Assembly: GCA_965197745.1 (NCBI GenBank)
Contig: CBDANS010000006.1
Span: 1,024,001-1,088,000, forward strand
Direction of reading: 5' to 3'
DNA length: 64,000 nucleotides
From: Opitutales bacterium
Lineage (GTDB): Bacteria > Verrucomicrobiota > Verrucomicrobiia > Opitutales > PNEW01
Shown here: piece by piece, positions 1-11,046 of the stretch
How positions within the stretch are numbered: the stretch's first letter is position 1
Layout: the number at the start of each line of letters is the position of its first letter
Made by a program: the position numbers and the translations under genes
Notes under the pieces: model-generated
Told to the model about the DNA's origin: nothing
What the model saw: the letters and a program-made list of their open reading frames with translations, nothing else
Databases searched by the model: none

Positions 1-635
1 TCAAACACCGGCCAGTACCCTCCTTCGTCGGCCAGTCCAGCCAGCTTTCCTTTTTCTTTCATCAGACGTCCCGTATGATGATAGACATTAAAGGTCATCT
101 CCATACATTCCTCATAGGATTCTGCCCCCACACAAATTATCATAAAATCCTGCACATCGATTCTCCCGGAACTGTGCGCACCTCCACCGAATATTTGAAT
201 TTCTGGAATGGGAAGAAGGTTTCCCTTACCCTTGCCGAGGTAATAATAGAGCGGTTCATTCAAAGTCCTGGCGGCGGCACAAGTTGCAGCCATAGAAACT
301 CCCAGTATGGCGTTCGCTCCCAGACGGCTTTTATTATCTGTGCCATCTAGATCGATCATTGTTTCATCAATCGTCCTCTGTTCGACGATATCTACTCCTT
401 TTAAAACATGGTCAATTTCCGTATTCACATTTTCAACAGCTTTGAAAACCGATCGCCCAAGAAACAGTTCAGGGTTCATATCACGCAACTCAAGCGCTTC
501 AAAGGATCCCGTCGAGGCCCCCGAGGGGACAATGGCCGACCCTCGAACTCCATTATTCAGGACCACGTCCACCTCCACCGTAGGATTTCCACGGGAGTCA
601 TAAACCTGAAATGCTGAAATTTTATCTATTTGCAT
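1..635 (-). CDS. eno: Enolase, divergent paralog (3' end runs off the window)
   Basis: Not in the ORF track. Manual translation from ATG at 635 gives MQIDKISAFQVYDSRGNPTVEVDV...VPSGASTG...PIPEIQIFGGGAH...DVQDF...ADEGGYWP, which are enolase signature motifs. Confidence 0.9.
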   Translation of the reverse strand, partial: MQIDKISAFQVYDSRGNPTVEVDVVLNNGVRGSAIVPSGASTGSFEALELRDMNPELFLGRSVFKAVENVNTEIDHVLKGVDIVEQRTIDETMIDLDGTDNKSRLGANAILGVSMAATCAAARTLNEPLYYYLGKGKGNLLPIPEIQIFGGGAHSSGRIDVQDFMIICVGAESYEECMEMTFNVYHHTGRLMKEKGKLAGLADEGGYWPVF

Positions 636-1626
636 AGTCTGCTAACCGCGTCACCCACCCTTGATGTATTGATACCATCTGATAATCATTACCCGGTAAC
701 AGGTCATGGACAAAGGCACGAACATATTCTTTTTTCTCTTCATTTCCCGCGAAATACTCTACCGGTGATTTGCCATCAATGCGCGCCAGCATGAGCATAA
801 GAAGCAGCCGCCCGGTGCGCAGCTCTAACGCTTCCCGGTTGTCTCCACTAAAATCGTTGAAATAACAGGTTAATACTTCGAGGCAAAGGGGAAGGCATTC
901 ATCATACCGTTCTGCCCATAAGAGCGACTTCAGGTAAAGGTGGTTTAAAAGAAAAGCTAAATCAAATGCGGGATCACCATACCAGGCAACCTCCTGATCG
1001 AGAATGATAAATCTATCCTGCCCGGCCATCATATTTTTAGGACTGTAATCTCCATGGACTAAAGCTTCACGCCATCCCTTGAGTCGCTTCGCCTCCTCTT
1101 GAAAAAAAGCGCGGAGATCTGGATTTCGGTCTCCCGCGGTTACCAGATAGGGATCAATTCTTGTTGCGTTAAAACTGTCGGACGTCTGAAAAATTCTGGC
1201 GGCCTCCTTGTCATGATGAGAATGTTTATGAATCGCCGCCAGTATTTGCGCGGCCCGTTGCGCAGCTTTGACGCTGAAAATACCCTGGAGTAATTCTGAT
1301 TTCCAATTGTGGTAGCTCGCATCCAAATATTCCATAGCGAAAAATCCCAGTTCATGATTGGTGGCCAGTATTTTCGGCATGCAATCGGGGAGTATTTTTC
1401 TCACATAGTAAATGTACTCCTGTTCCACCTTATTGCGCGAAGTATCCGCATACCACTCATCCTTAACCCTTAGTTTGGCCAGCGCCTGCTTGATAACAAC
1501 TTTATGGGTGCCGTCATCAATGAGAAAAATATCGCTGGATACGCCTCCGGTCATTAGCGTAATGACATGTTCCCCCCCGGTAATAATCTTCTTATCTACC
1601 AGATAATGGATAATATCATCAGTCAT
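622..1626 (-). CDS. Phosphotransferase (APH / methylthioribose-kinase-like)
   Basis: GGVSS glycine loop, VIKQAL, HGDYSPKN catalytic loop, D-x-E and GDPAFD motifs. Confidence 0.8.
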   Translation of the reverse strand: MTDDIIHYLVDKKIITGGEHVITLMTGGVSSDIFLIDDGTHKVVIKQALAKLRVKDEWYADTSRNKVEQEYIYYVRKILPDCMPKILATNHELGFFAMEYLDASYHNWKSELLQGIFSVKAAQRAAQILAAIHKHSHHDKEAARIFQTSDSFNATRIDPYLVTAGDRNPDLRAFFQEEAKRLKGWREALVHGDYSPKNMMAGQDRFIILDQEVAWYGDPAFDLAFLLNHLYLKSLLWAERYDECLPLCLEVLTCYFNDFSGDNREALELRTGRLLLMLMLARIDGKSPVEYFAGNEEKKEYVRAFVHDLLPGNDYQMVSIHQGWVTRLADYANR

Positions 1627-1728
1627 TGCTTGGTGCTTCTCATGATCGGCGCCATTATTATACTTTTAACGGCTTGTCTTAAGACGCTAACCCTGAAAAA
1701 TAAACGCCCTTAGTCAAAATTAATAATA

Positions 1729-2304
1729 GTGAAACGTTCTGAAATCAACCTGGCTTACCTTCAGGCCAAATCATGTTTTGAAAAGAATGGATGGGCTTTG
1801 CCCCCCCAGCCTAAATGGGATATCACCGACTGCGGCCTGAGGGATTTCGAGCACTGCGGCTTGGTTCTTATAAACCTGGCGGAAGAGCCGGAGTATTGTG
1901 AAAAACTTATGTATCAGCATCATCGCCAAAAATGCCCTGCGCATTGTCATAAAAAGAAGAAAGAGGACATCATCTGCCGTCAAGGCGAGCTTGCCCTTGT
2001 CTTATGGCCGCGACACCCCAAGGACAGCGCCGAGGGCGAATCTTTTACCGCTAAAATTAATGGAGAATCGCGTGAAATAGTTGCGGGGGAAGAGGTCGTA
2101 TTAAACCCGGGTGAAAGGATCACTCTCTTCCCCGGTATTTATCACGAATTTTTCCCGTTGAGCGATGAATGTATAATGGGGGAAGTCTCTACCGCTAACG
2201 ATGATTTACATGATAATTTTTATGTGAATCCTGATATTGGCCGCTTCCCCGCGGTTGAAGAAGATGAAACGCCCCTGATCCATCTTCTTTCCGATTCCTC
2301 ATAA
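1729..2304 (+). CDS. D-lyxose/D-mannose-family sugar isomerase (cupin)
   Basis: YCEKL, P-x-H-x-H-KKKKEDII, GERITL and GEVSTANDD motifs. Confidence 0.85.
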   Translation: MKRSEINLAYLQAKSCFEKNGWALPPQPKWDITDCGLRDFEHCGLVLINLAEEPEYCEKLMYQHHRQKCPAHCHKKKKEDIICRQGELALVLWPRHPKDSAEGESFTAKINGESREIVAGEEVVLNPGERITLFPGIYHEFFPLSDECIMGEVSTANDDLHDNFYVNPDIGRFPAVEEDETPLIHLLSDSS

Positions 2305-2369
2305 ATAATATATCGCGGTTGTGAGAAAGCGCGGGACTCGCGCAATGGGTGTTGAGGATATATATAAGA

Positions 2370-5300
2370 TTAACTGCCGTTGGCGTTAACTGCTTGTAAC
2401 GATTCAACACTTAATTGTTTTTCCCTTAAGGACTCAATTCCGAGAAGCGCCGCCTTTGCCCCCGTCATGGTTGTCATAATACATAGACCCTGTTTAACGG
2501 CGGCGGTCCGTATGATATTTTCGTCACGCCTTGGAATTCCCCCTGATGGGGTGTTGATTACCATTTGAATCTGCCCGTTTTTAATCAGATCGACGACATT
2601 CGGCCGCCCTTCTGCAATCCTGTGAATCGTTTTTACTTTTACTCCCTCGTTCTTAAAGTAGCGGGCGGTTCCCTGAGTAGAATATATTTTGAATCCGAGT
2701 TCCAGTAACTTTCGCGCCAGCCCTACAGCAGTTTTTTTATCGCTGTCTTTAACACTGAGAAAAACAGTCCCACTGGGGGGAAGCGGCGCACCTGCGGCCA
2801 TTTGTGTTTTAGCAAAAGCGAGCCCTAAATCATCATCAAGCCCCATCACTTCACCGGTGCTGCGCATTTCCGGGGTAAGTGTTATGGGCGACCCGGGAAA
2901 ACGAACAAATGGAAAAACCGATTCCTTTACAGCCCAAATATTACATTTTGCTTCATGATTGAATTCCAGATCTTTGAGTTTAGCGCCTGCCATAACCTGG
3001 GCTGCCAGTTTAGCCAGAGGAACGCCTATTGCCTTGCTTACAAATGGCACGGTCCGCGAAGCCCGTGGGTTGACTTCAAGCACGTATAATTCCTCGTTTT
3101 TTATGGCATATTGCACGTTCATAAGACCGACAACTTCGAGCTCTTTTGCCAGGGCGTGCGTGGCCTCTTTTACCTCTCGAATCATTTCCTCTTTGAGGGT
3201 GTGGGGTGGGAGCACCATCGCGGCGTCACCACTATGCACCCCCGCTTCCTCAATATGTTCAAGCATGCCGCCAATGATCGTTTCGTCACCGTCACTTATG
3301 GCGTCTACATCAAGTTCAATTGCATCTTCAAGGAACTTATCGAGAAGGACCGGCTTACCGGGCGCGGCATCGAACGCCTCTTTTGCCACCCTTCTCATTT
3401 CTTCCATCTCATAGACAATAAACATTCCACGTCCTCCCAAAACGAAAGAGGGTCTGAGAAGCACAGGAAGCCCAATGTCCTCAGCGGCAACGTACGCCTC
3501 CTCCAGGGTCAGGGCGATCGCGTTAACAGGTTGTTTCAAGCCAATTTTATCAAGTATGGCCTTGAATCGTTCTCTGTCTTCAGCCATCTCAATATTTTCA
3601 GGCGAAGTGCCAATGATGTTTACCCCATTCGCTTTAAGATCGGTCGCAAGGTTGAGGGGTGTCTGACCACCAAGCTGCACGATGACACCGAAACAATTTT
3701 CCTGTCGGTAAATCGCCAATACATCTTCAAGCGTGAGCGGTTCAAAATAGAGACGGTCAGAAGTATCATAATCCGTGCTCACGGTCTCGGGATTAGAATT
3801 GACCATGATTGTCTCATACCCTGCTTCGCGAAGGGCAAAAGAGGCATGGACACAACAGTAGTCAAATTCAATTCCCTGTCCGATACGATTCGGGCCCCCA
3901 CCCAAGATCATAATCTTGCGCCGATCAGACGGGATGATTTCGTTTTCATCACCGTATGATGAGTAATAGTACGGGGTGAATGCATCAAACTCAGCGGCAC
4001 AGGTGTCAACGAGACGGTAGACCGTATCGACAAAATGTTTCTTGCGTAAAGCGCTTAAGTCATTGAACGCGATTCCGGTAAGGTGGGCTATCTGCGTATC
4101 GGAAAAGCCATATTCTTTTGCCTGACGCAGCAAGCCCGGATTTAATCCGCTTGGCCCTTTTTCGACAAGCGTGTTTTCCATGGTAACAATTTCACTGAGC
4201 TGAAATAGAAACCAGCGGTCGATAGCTGTATATTCGAATATTTCATCAATATTCATGCCGGCTTTTAACGCGAACCGTATAAATTGAACCCGTTCGGGTG
4301 TGGGTCGGGCCAGCCCTGCGCGTACCTTCACTAAATCTGTGACTTCATCTCCCCCCAGTGTTCCTCCACCGCCTAACCCTCGCGTGCCTATCTCAAGCGA
4401 GCGCAGTGCTTTTTGAAATGACTCTTTGAATGTGCGCCCGATTGCCATCGCTTCACCCACCGATTTCATCGATGAGGTGAGGGTATCATCCGCCTCCTGA
4501 AACTTCTCAAAGGTGAATCGAGGCATTTTGGTTACAACATAATCGATGGTGGGTTCGAAGCAGGCAGGCGTCTCCTTGGTTATATCATTGCGAATTTCAT
4601 CGAGGGTGTACCCTACGGCAAGCTTGGCCGCGATCTTGGCAATGGGGAAGCCCGTCGCTTTGGACGCAAGCGCTGAGGAGCGTGAAACGCGCGGGTTCAT
4701 TTCAATAATCACCATGCGGCCATTCTCAGGATTGACCGCAAACTGAATATTGCTGCCCCCGGTCTCCACCCCGATTTCCCGTATACAGGCAAAGGAGGCA
4801 TCACGCATCAGTTGATATTCTTTGTCCGTCAGAGTCATCGCTGGCGCTACCGTAATGGAATCACCCGTGTGTACTCCCATCGGATCAAAATTTTCAATCG
4901 AACAGATGACCACGCATTGATCCTGCTTGTCGCGCATGACTTCCATCTCATATTCTTTCCAGCCCACGAGGCATTCCTCGACGAGGATCTGGTGGACGGG
5001 TGATCTATCCAACCCTTGTTGAACGATATCTTCATATTCTTCGTGGTTGTACGCAATCCCGCTTCCTGATCCACCCAAAGTAAAACTGGGGCGAATAATT
5101 ATGGGGTATTGTCCTATATCATTTACGGCTGCGCGCGCTTCTTCTAAGGAGCGGGCGTAGGCAGAACGGGCGACATCAAGACCGATTCGGGACATGGCGA
5201 CTTTAAACAGCTCTCGGTCTTCACCTTTTAATATCGCTTCGATCTGGGCACCGATAACACTGACACCATATTTGTTAAGAATTCCCTGCTTATCGAGGTC

Positions 5301-5600
5301 GATCGTTAGATTAAGGGCTGTTTGCCCGCCCAGGGTTGGAAGCAGCGCGTCGGGCTTTTCCTTTTTTATAATCAACTCCAGCATTTCGGTCGTCAGGGGC
5401 TCGATGTATGTAACATCGGCAAATTCAGGATCCGTCATGATGGTGGCCGGATTACTATTAACGAGAATTACCTTGAAGCCTTCTTCACGCAGCGCTTTGC
5501 AGGCCTGCGTGCCGCTGTAATCGAACTCGCACGCCTGTCCGATGATTATCGGCCCGGATCCAATGATAAGAATGGAATTTATGTCCGACCTTTTAGGCAT
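2370..5600 (-). CDS. carB: Carbamoyl-phosphate synthase large subunit
   Basis: MPKR start, [18 protein letters not shown], two ATP-grasp domains and a C-terminal MGS domain; 1076 aa. Confidence 0.98.
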   Translation of the reverse strand: MPKRSDINSILIIGSGPIIIGQACEFDYSGTQACKALREEGFKVILVNSNPATIMTDPEFADVTYIEPLTTEMLELIIKKEKPDALLPTLGGQTALNLTIDLDKQGILNKYGVSVIGAQIEAILKGEDRELFKVAMSRIGLDVARSAYARSLEEARAAVNDIGQYPIIIRPSFTLGGSGSGIAYNHEEYEDIVQQGLDRSPVHQILVEECLVGWKEYEMEVMRDKQDQCVVICSIENFDPMGVHTGDSITVAPAMTLTDKEYQLMRDASFACIREIGVETGGSNIQFAVNPENGRMVIIEMNPRVSRSSALASKATGFPIAKIAAKLAVGYTLDEIRNDITKETPACFEPTIDYVVTKMPRFTFEKFQEADDTLTSSMKSVGEAMAIGRTFKESFQKALRSLEIGTRGLGGGGTLGGDEVTDLVKVRAGLARPTPERVQFIRFALKAGMNIDEIFEYTAIDRWFLFQLSEIVTMENTLVEKGPSGLNPGLLRQAKEYGFSDTQIAHLTGIAFNDLSALRKKHFVDTVYRLVDTCAAEFDAFTPYYYSSYGDENEIIPSDRRKIMILGGGPNRIGQGIEFDYCCVHASFALREAGYETIMVNSNPETVSTDYDTSDRLYFEPLTLEDVLAIYRQENCFGVIVQLGGQTPLNLATDLKANGVNIIGTSPENIEMAEDRERFKAILDKIGLKQPVNAIALTLEEAYVAAEDIGLPVLLRPSFVLGGRGMFIVYEMEEMRRVAKEAFDAAPGKPVLLDKFLEDAIELDVDAISDGDETIIGGMLEHIEEAGVHSGDAAMVLPPHTLKEEMIREVKEATHALAKELEVVGLMNVQYAIKNEELYVLEVNPRASRTVPFVSKAIGVPLAKLAAQVMAGAKLKDLEFNHEAKCNIWAVKESVFPFVRFPGSPITLTPEMRSTGEVMGLDDDLGLAFAKTQMAAGAPLPPSGTVFLSVKDSDKKTAVGLARKLLELGFKIYSTQGTARYFKNEGVKVKTIHRIAEGRPNVVDLIKNGQIQMVINTPSGGIPRRDENIIRTAAVKQGLCIMTTMTGAKAALLGIESLREKQLSVESLQAVNANGS

Positions 5601-5797
5601 ATTAATTTATGGACACAGTAATGATCTACACTCCTCAAGGGGCAAGCGAAATTCGGTTGATTCAAAAAAATCGGCGTTATGCTATTCCACAGAATACGAA
5701 TTGCATTTTTCTGAATCACAACCCCTGGAACAATTGTGCTAAAAATCCCCTGTGTATTTCTTGTTATTTTCTAACGATTGCATAAGCTGGTAGCACT

Positions 5798-6154
5798 ATG
5801 TCAGAAATTATACTTTATCACAACCCGCAATGCAGCAAGAGCAGGCAGACCCTTGAACTCCTTCTCGAACGTGGGACAAATCCAAGGGTAATACACTACC
5901 TGGATACACCCCCGGACATAAAAACGCTCAGCCGCTTACTTCAATTGCTGGAAGGCGACCCAAATTCCTTCATTCGAAAAAAAGAACACCGCTATGAGGA
6001 GCTTGGGATTGAAAAAATGAACCCGGACCGAGCGCAATTGCTTCAATTAATGGTGGAAAATCCAATCCTTATTGAAAGACCGATCGCGGTTAAAGGAGAT
6101 GTTGCTGTAATCGGACGTCCCCCCGAAAATGTATTAGCGCTCCTGGACCGTTAA
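5798..6154 (+). CDS. arsC: Arsenate reductase (glutaredoxin-dependent ArsC family)
   Basis: YHNPQCSKSR, LIERPI and IGRPPE motifs. Confidence 0.9.
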   Translation: MSEIILYHNPQCSKSRQTLELLLERGTNPRVIHYLDTPPDIKTLSRLLQLLEGDPNSFIRKKEHRYEELGIEKMNPDRAQLLQLMVENPILIERPIAVKGDVAVIGRPPENVLALLDR

Positions 6155-6966
6155 TGAATTTTTATAACAAACTGGATCGTGCATGGAGTGATAGCAATTC
6201 GCTGGTGTGTGTTGGGCTCGATACTGATTTAGACAAAATCCCGGGTCATCTTAAAGCCTTGCCCCACCCAGTTTATGAATTTAACAAGCAAATTATTGCG
6301 GCCACGGCAGATCTTGTCTGCGCTTATAAATTGCAAATTGCCTATTACAACGGGCAGGCGATAGAAGACCAGCTTAGACAAACGATAAATTATCTCGCCG
6401 GGGATTATCCCCACTTACCGATTATCCTTGATGCCAAACGTAATGATATAGGGAATACCGCGGCGATGTATGCTAAAGAGGCTTTTGATCGCTATGACGC
6501 TGATGCCGTCACGGTCAATCCATACCTCGGCGGCGACTCGCTCCAACCATTTTTAGAGCGCAAAGATAAAGGCACTATCATTCTCTGTCGTACCTCCAAT
6601 CCCGGGGGTAATGATTTGCAGAATCTGGAGATGAATGGATGCCCTCTCTATCAAATAGTAGCCGAAACCGCCGCCCGGAAATGGAACGCCAACGCAAATA
6701 TCGCGCTCGTCGTAGGCGCGACTTACCCCCATGAACTGGGAAAAGTTCGCAGTATCGTTGGATCCATGCCCTTACTGGTCCCGGGTGTTGGCGCCCAGGG
6801 TGGAGACGTGGATACCTTTGTTAAAATCGGCCTTTCTGAAAACGGGACTGGGATGATTATCAACTCATCCCGCGGCATTATTTATGCCGGGGAGGGGATG
6901 GATTTCGCCGGCGCTGCGCGCAATGCCGCGCTTGAGCTGCGCGATGCGATTAATCTGTGTCGGTAG
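6154..6966 (+). CDS. pyrF: Orotidine-5'-phosphate decarboxylase
   Basis: CVGLD, DAKRNDIGNT, RTSNPG, VVGAT, PGVGAQGG and NSSR motifs. Confidence 0.96.
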   Translation: MNFYNKLDRAWSDSNSLVCVGLDTDLDKIPGHLKALPHPVYEFNKQIIAATADLVCAYKLQIAYYNGQAIEDQLRQTINYLAGDYPHLPIILDAKRNDIGNTAAMYAKEAFDRYDADAVTVNPYLGGDSLQPFLERKDKGTIILCRTSNPGGNDLQNLEMNGCPLYQIVAETAARKWNANANIALVVGATYPHELGKVRSIVGSMPLLVPGVGAQGGDVDTFVKIGLSENGTGMIINSSRGIIYAGEGMDFAGAARNAALELRDAINLCR

Positions 6967-7366
6967 CTTCATCGCCAGCAGTCTGCCCTCGAGAGGACCT
7001 CCCCGCAGCAGGGTCGATTGCACGGTTTAGAGTTTGAATCAATTTATCAATACGAAACGGTTTTTCCACATAATCATAAGCTCCGTACTTAAAAGCTTTC
7101 ATCGCGATTTCAGACGAAGAGTATCCGGTAATCATGACAACGACGGCATGGGAGTCATAGGCTTTGATCTTCTTCAATAGCTCTATTCCGTCCATGGGTT
7201 TCATGGATACATCCGCGAGCACGACATCAAATTTGTGCTCTTTGTACCGCTTCAGGGCGTCATAGCCACTGTAAAAGCATTCATACTCAAGTCCCGCAGA
7301 TTGAACCACCTCTCCCAACATTTCGTGGACGGCCTGTAAGTCGTCAACTATCATGACTGAAGGCAT
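6950..7366 (-). CDS. Single-domain response regulator receiver
   Basis: IVDD, D-x-x-MKPMDG, ITG and KPF receiver motifs. Confidence 0.85.
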   Translation of the reverse strand: MPSVMIVDDLQAVHEMLGEVVQSAGLEYECFYSGYDALKRYKEHKFDVVLADVSMKPMDGIELLKKIKAYDSHAVVVMITGYSSSEIAMKAFKYGAYDYVEKPFRIDKLIQTLNRAIDPAAGRSSRGQTAGDEATDTD

Positions 7367-7448
7367 AGGCAGTCTCCTGTCATCTCAGTGGGCAAACCGA
7401 GATGCGATAAGTCGTAGCAATATCCGATTAGTCTTTACGGGCAATGTA

Positions 7449-8615
7449 TCAGCCGCCGACCGCTCCCGCCAGGTTGAATATAGGCAGGAACATGGCCATG
7501 ACAATACCACCGATAACGACTCCAAGGAAGCAGATCAGCAACGGTTCCATAAGCGACGTCAACGCTTCAACCAGAACTTCGATCTCCGCATCATAGAAAT
7601 CGGATATCTTGTCCATCATCCCATCCACGTTACCCGTTGATTCCCCGGCTTTGGACATATGTTTAACCATGGGTGGGAAAAAGGGATTATTGGCTACCAC
7701 TTCAGATAACTGCCCGCCCTGGCTGATATGCCTCGTTATGTCAATTACCGCCGCTTCAATGAAGGTATTTCCGCTCGCGCGACCGACAATTGCTAACGCA
7801 TTTAATATGGGAACACCGCTCCGCATTAAAATGGCGTAGGTGCGGCAGAAACGCGAGATGGCGATTTTCTGTATCAAATTCCCGAGAACGGGTAATTTAA
7901 AAAGGACACGGTCCTTCCCTATGCGCCCTTTGGGGGTGCTGATTACTTTCATAAGTACCTTATAAAATACGATTAAAGCAATAATGATATAGATAATATA
8001 AGATTTAAGAAAATCACTGAGATCAATGAGCATCTGAGTGGGCTTGGGCAGTTCCTGGCCAAAATCCGCGAACATTTCGGCAAATACAGGAATGACAAAT
8101 ACAAGGAGGACATTGACTAATCCGACGGCCAAACAAATAACGGCCACAGGATAAGTCATCGCTCCCTTTACCTGCCTGGATAGTTTAACACTTTCTTCAA
8201 AATAGACTGCCACCTTGCCGAGAATATCGGCGAGTCCTCCACTCGCTTCACCTGCCTCGACCATAGAGATAAAAAGGTTGGGGAAGGCATTCGGATATTT
8301 GCGGACCGCGTCTGAAAATGATGTTCCACTGGATACATCAGTTCTGACCTCTCGAATAATAATTTGAAAAACAGGTTCTTCCGCTTGCTCCTGAAGCGCT
8401 TCAAGAGCAGAAACGAGAGGAAGTCCCGCTTCCAGCATGGATGCCAGTTGCTGGGTAAATACAGCAAGCTGGTCGAGCTTTATTCTCTTTTTCTTGGATT
8501 GTTTCTCGTAAGCTTTTTGTTTTGCGAGCTTCTGTGACTCCATGAAGCTCATTTTCTTCCCAGGAGCCCCTCCTCCTACTTGGGATGGTGATGCACTCGA
8601 AGATATTAATGCCAT
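7449..8615 (-). CDS. pilC: Type IV pilus / T2SS inner-membrane platform protein (PilC/GspF family)
   Basis: Two T2SSF domains (AGEASGGL; AGESTGNVD), with a C-terminal EP...AMFLPIF. Confidence 0.88.
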   Translation of the reverse strand: MALISSSASPSQVGGGAPGKKMSFMESQKLAKQKAYEKQSKKKRIKLDQLAVFTQQLASMLEAGLPLVSALEALQEQAEEPVFQIIIREVRTDVSSGTSFSDAVRKYPNAFPNLFISMVEAGEASGGLADILGKVAVYFEESVKLSRQVKGAMTYPVAVICLAVGLVNVLLVFVIPVFAEMFADFGQELPKPTQMLIDLSDFLKSYIIYIIIALIVFYKVLMKVISTPKGRIGKDRVLFKLPVLGNLIQKIAISRFCRTYAILMRSGVPILNALAIVGRASGNTFIEAAVIDITRHISQGGQLSEVVANNPFFPPMVKHMSKAGESTGNVDGMMDKISDFYDAEIEVLVEALTSLMEPLLICFLGVVIGGIVMAMFLPIFNLAGAVGG

Positions 8616-8726
8616 TGTATAAATTCTGGTTGAGATTTGTTTGTTTCCCGTAATTTACACCATTGTTAAAGAGATTTAAAGTCTTTTTTTCAAGGTCATT
8701 CCCCCTTTAACCCTCGTCGTTGGGTC

Positions 8727-9368
8727 TTATTCGCTGTCTTTATTTAACCGACGTTGTGGTAAAGACTTGCGCGCGTTTTCTCTCTCCTGGTGTGAGATTT
8801 CCCCGTCACCGTCGGTATCGAACCGTTTAAGCCTGTCTTTTCTTGACTGTTCAGCATGTTCTTTTTCTCCATCTGACAAGATCCCATCGTTATCCAGGTC
8901 GAATCGCTCCATCATTTTTTTCCGGTGCTGCGATCTCTCCCCCTGCATCGTCTCCCGAGCTACAGCCCTCTCTTCATCTGACAGCTCTCCATCCCCGTCT
9001 CTGTCGAAGCGTTTAATCATCCGTTCTCTAAATTCTCTTCCCCGCTGGGGCATCTCCCGGCGGGCATGCTCTCGCTCTATGTCAGAGAGTATACCGTCCC
9101 CATCTTTATCAAATCGCTCCAGCATGCGCTCATGGTGGGCCCCATCCCGGTTCCCACGCATCTCGGTTTTTGCCCTTTCTTTTTCCGCTTCCGAGATGGT
9201 TCCATCGCTATCGGTGTCATATTTTTCCAGAAATCGGGTGTGTGCCGGCCGATTATCCCCATTTTTATCAGCGAGTTCTGCACGTAGGCTGATTCCACTT
9301 AAGATGAGAATACCCGTGAGTATCAACCCTCCCATCCAAATTTGATTATTGCTGTATTTTAACATCAC
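8727..9368 (-). CDS. Secreted EF-hand repeat protein
   Basis: N-terminal signal-like segment and five (Y/F)D-x-D-x-DG-x-(I/L)S-x-x-E repeats. Confidence 0.85.
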   Translation of the reverse strand: MMLKYSNNQIWMGGLILTGILILSGISLRAELADKNGDNRPAHTRFLEKYDTDSDGTISEAEKERAKTEMRGNRDGAHHERMLERFDKDGDGILSDIEREHARREMPQRGREFRERMIKRFDRDGDGELSDEERAVARETMQGERSQHRKKMMERFDLDNDGILSDGEKEHAEQSRKDRLKRFDTDGDGEISHQERENARKSLPQRRLNKDSE

Positions 9369-9531
9369 TTATTTATCTCCAATTTGTTATTTTAATACTT
9401 CTTCTCTAAACTGATAGCCTATAAACCCGTCTAATCTTAATTAAGTTGCAGGATCATCAGGAATTTTCGTAAATTCACCCCTTTTCATTTCAGGTGAATG
9501 TGCCCCCAAGTTTAGGTTTAAGAGTTAAACT

Positions 9532-9918
9532 ATGTTCCAAGTGACCTTCAGCGACCAGAGTATGGACGAGTTAAAGAAACTCGACATGACTGATCAACTC
9601 CATCTCGTCGAGCAGATAAGCAATGTAACGAGCGAGCAGCTTATTCATCCACGAGAACCGCTTAATAAGTTCTCGCGGGATGGCACTGATTTCTACCGTT
9701 TGCGTGTTGGCGACTACCGTTTTTATTTCGAAATCGAAAATAATACCTTATTCAGCCATTACATCCTTCACAAGAATACCCTTACTGATTTTGTCTTCAG
9801 AACGAAACTGCCTATTTCCGAGGAGCTCATCATGGAACAGAACCATTCATTCTGGAAATATCTCAGTAGTTTAAAAAAGAACAGCACCAGTCGCGACGCA
9901 TTGAGACTCGATGACTAA
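9532..9918 (+). CDS. RelE/ParE-fold protein with C-terminal extension
   Basis: MFQVTFS start and YRLRVGDYRFYF motif; no adjacent antitoxin ORF. Confidence 0.65.
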   Translation: MFQVTFSDQSMDELKKLDMTDQLHLVEQISNVTSEQLIHPREPLNKFSRDGTDFYRLRVGDYRFYFEIENNTLFSHYILHKNTLTDFVFRTKLPISEELIMEQNHSFWKYLSSLKKNSTSRDALRLDD

Positions 9919-9923
9919 CAGTT

Positions 9924-10772
9924 ATGCCAGTGGCTAAAAACAAAAGCCCTAAAGACAGTAAATACGCGGACGCCGATGAGGCGAGCCACATTTATGTCCT
10001 GCCTAATCTGATGACCGCCGGAAATCTTTTTTGCGGTTTCCTCGCGGTCATACGTTGTATCCAGGCAAAATTTGCCGAATCGGTGCAAATCGCTGATGAA
10101 ATCGTGAAGGAGGCGCGCATTCCAGAAGACCTCTATGAACAGGCTGTATGGTTTATCCTGGCTGCTGTAATCTTCGATATTCTTGACGGTCGGTTGGCTC
10201 GTTTGGGAGGCAGGGAATCGCTTTTCGGCAAGGAGTTCGACTCCATTGCTGATATCGTCTCTTTCGGTATGGCCCCGGCATTGATGGTCTTTTTCCTTAT
10301 TCTATCCCCTACTGAACACTACCCCTTTTTTCGTCATTTAGGCTGGCTCGTGGGTTTTATTTACCTCCTTTGCAGCGCTGTCCGCCTAGCGCGGCATAAT
10401 GTAATCAGCCATCCCCTTATTGAAACAAAAACTGATCTATCTACCCTTGATTTCCAGGGTTTGCCAGTACCGGCTGCGGCGGGGATGATTGCCTCACTTG
10501 TATTACTCATTAACAGCTATAATCTCAAGGCCAGTGCCATTTTTCTTCCCGTCTTACTGTTATTAATTGCTTTTCTTATGGTAAGTAATATTCGCTATCC
10601 CAGCTTTAAAGCGATCGATTGGAAAACACAGACAAAATTACGCAGCTTTATTTATCTCTTTGGCGGTGTTGCCCTCGTTTATCATTTCCGCTGGTTTGCC
10701 ATAGCCATCCTCTTTTTCGCATATATTTTTTATGGGCTGGTCCGTCATTTTAGAGTAAATCGGCTGTCGTGA
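9924..10772 (+). CDS. pssA: CDP-diacylglycerol--serine O-phosphatidyltransferase
   Basis: LPNLMT, DILDGRLAR...GKEFDSIADIVSFG and FQGLPVPAAA motifs. Confidence 0.88.
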   Translation: MPVAKNKSPKDSKYADADEASHIYVLPNLMTAGNLFCGFLAVIRCIQAKFAESVQIADEIVKEARIPEDLYEQAVWFILAAVIFDILDGRLARLGGRESLFGKEFDSIADIVSFGMAPALMVFFLILSPTEHYPFFRHLGWLVGFIYLLCSAVRLARHNVISHPLIETKTDLSTLDFQGLPVPAAAGMIASLVLLINSYNLKASAIFLPVLLLLIAFLMVSNIRYPSFKAIDWKTQTKLRSFIYLFGGVALVYHFRWFAIAILFFAYIFYGLVRHFRVNRLS

Positions 10773-11046
10773 ATGGCCCTTTCTCATAACTGCGAATAAT
10801 CGATGGAGAACCCGTTAATAAAGTACGAATTGATGCAAATAGAAACCGGCTCAAGAATCCATTCTCATCCTTTTATAAAGTTATTCGGCGCTATAACTGT
10901 AACATAAGGCTTTAAATAATAATTACTTAAAGCTACTATGCTATTTTTTCACATCCTAATAATAAGAGTAATAAAATTTAAATATATATCTATATATTAA
11001 ATATCATTGCCAATAAGTCCCTAAACTTCCTTATTTAAAGTTCTGT
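10773..11046. other. Candidate replication origin (oriC-like) upstream of dnaN
   Basis: AT-rich intergenic region with degenerate DnaA boxes (TGCGAATAA at 10791; TTTTTCACA at 10945), followed by trio-like repeats and an (AT)n tract. Confidence 0.4.

Noticed and set aside
3111..3959. Long antisense ORFs over carB (and similar ones over gnd, mnmG and atpD)
   Set aside because: They are shadow frames of conserved genes with no recognisable motifs.
2370..5600. carB without an adjacent carA
   Set aside because: Split carA and carB loci are common.
8727..9368. Repetitive DNA that might be an array
   Set aside because: It is explained by protein-level EF-hand repeats. No CRISPR-like repeat-spacer structure was seen anywhere in the window.
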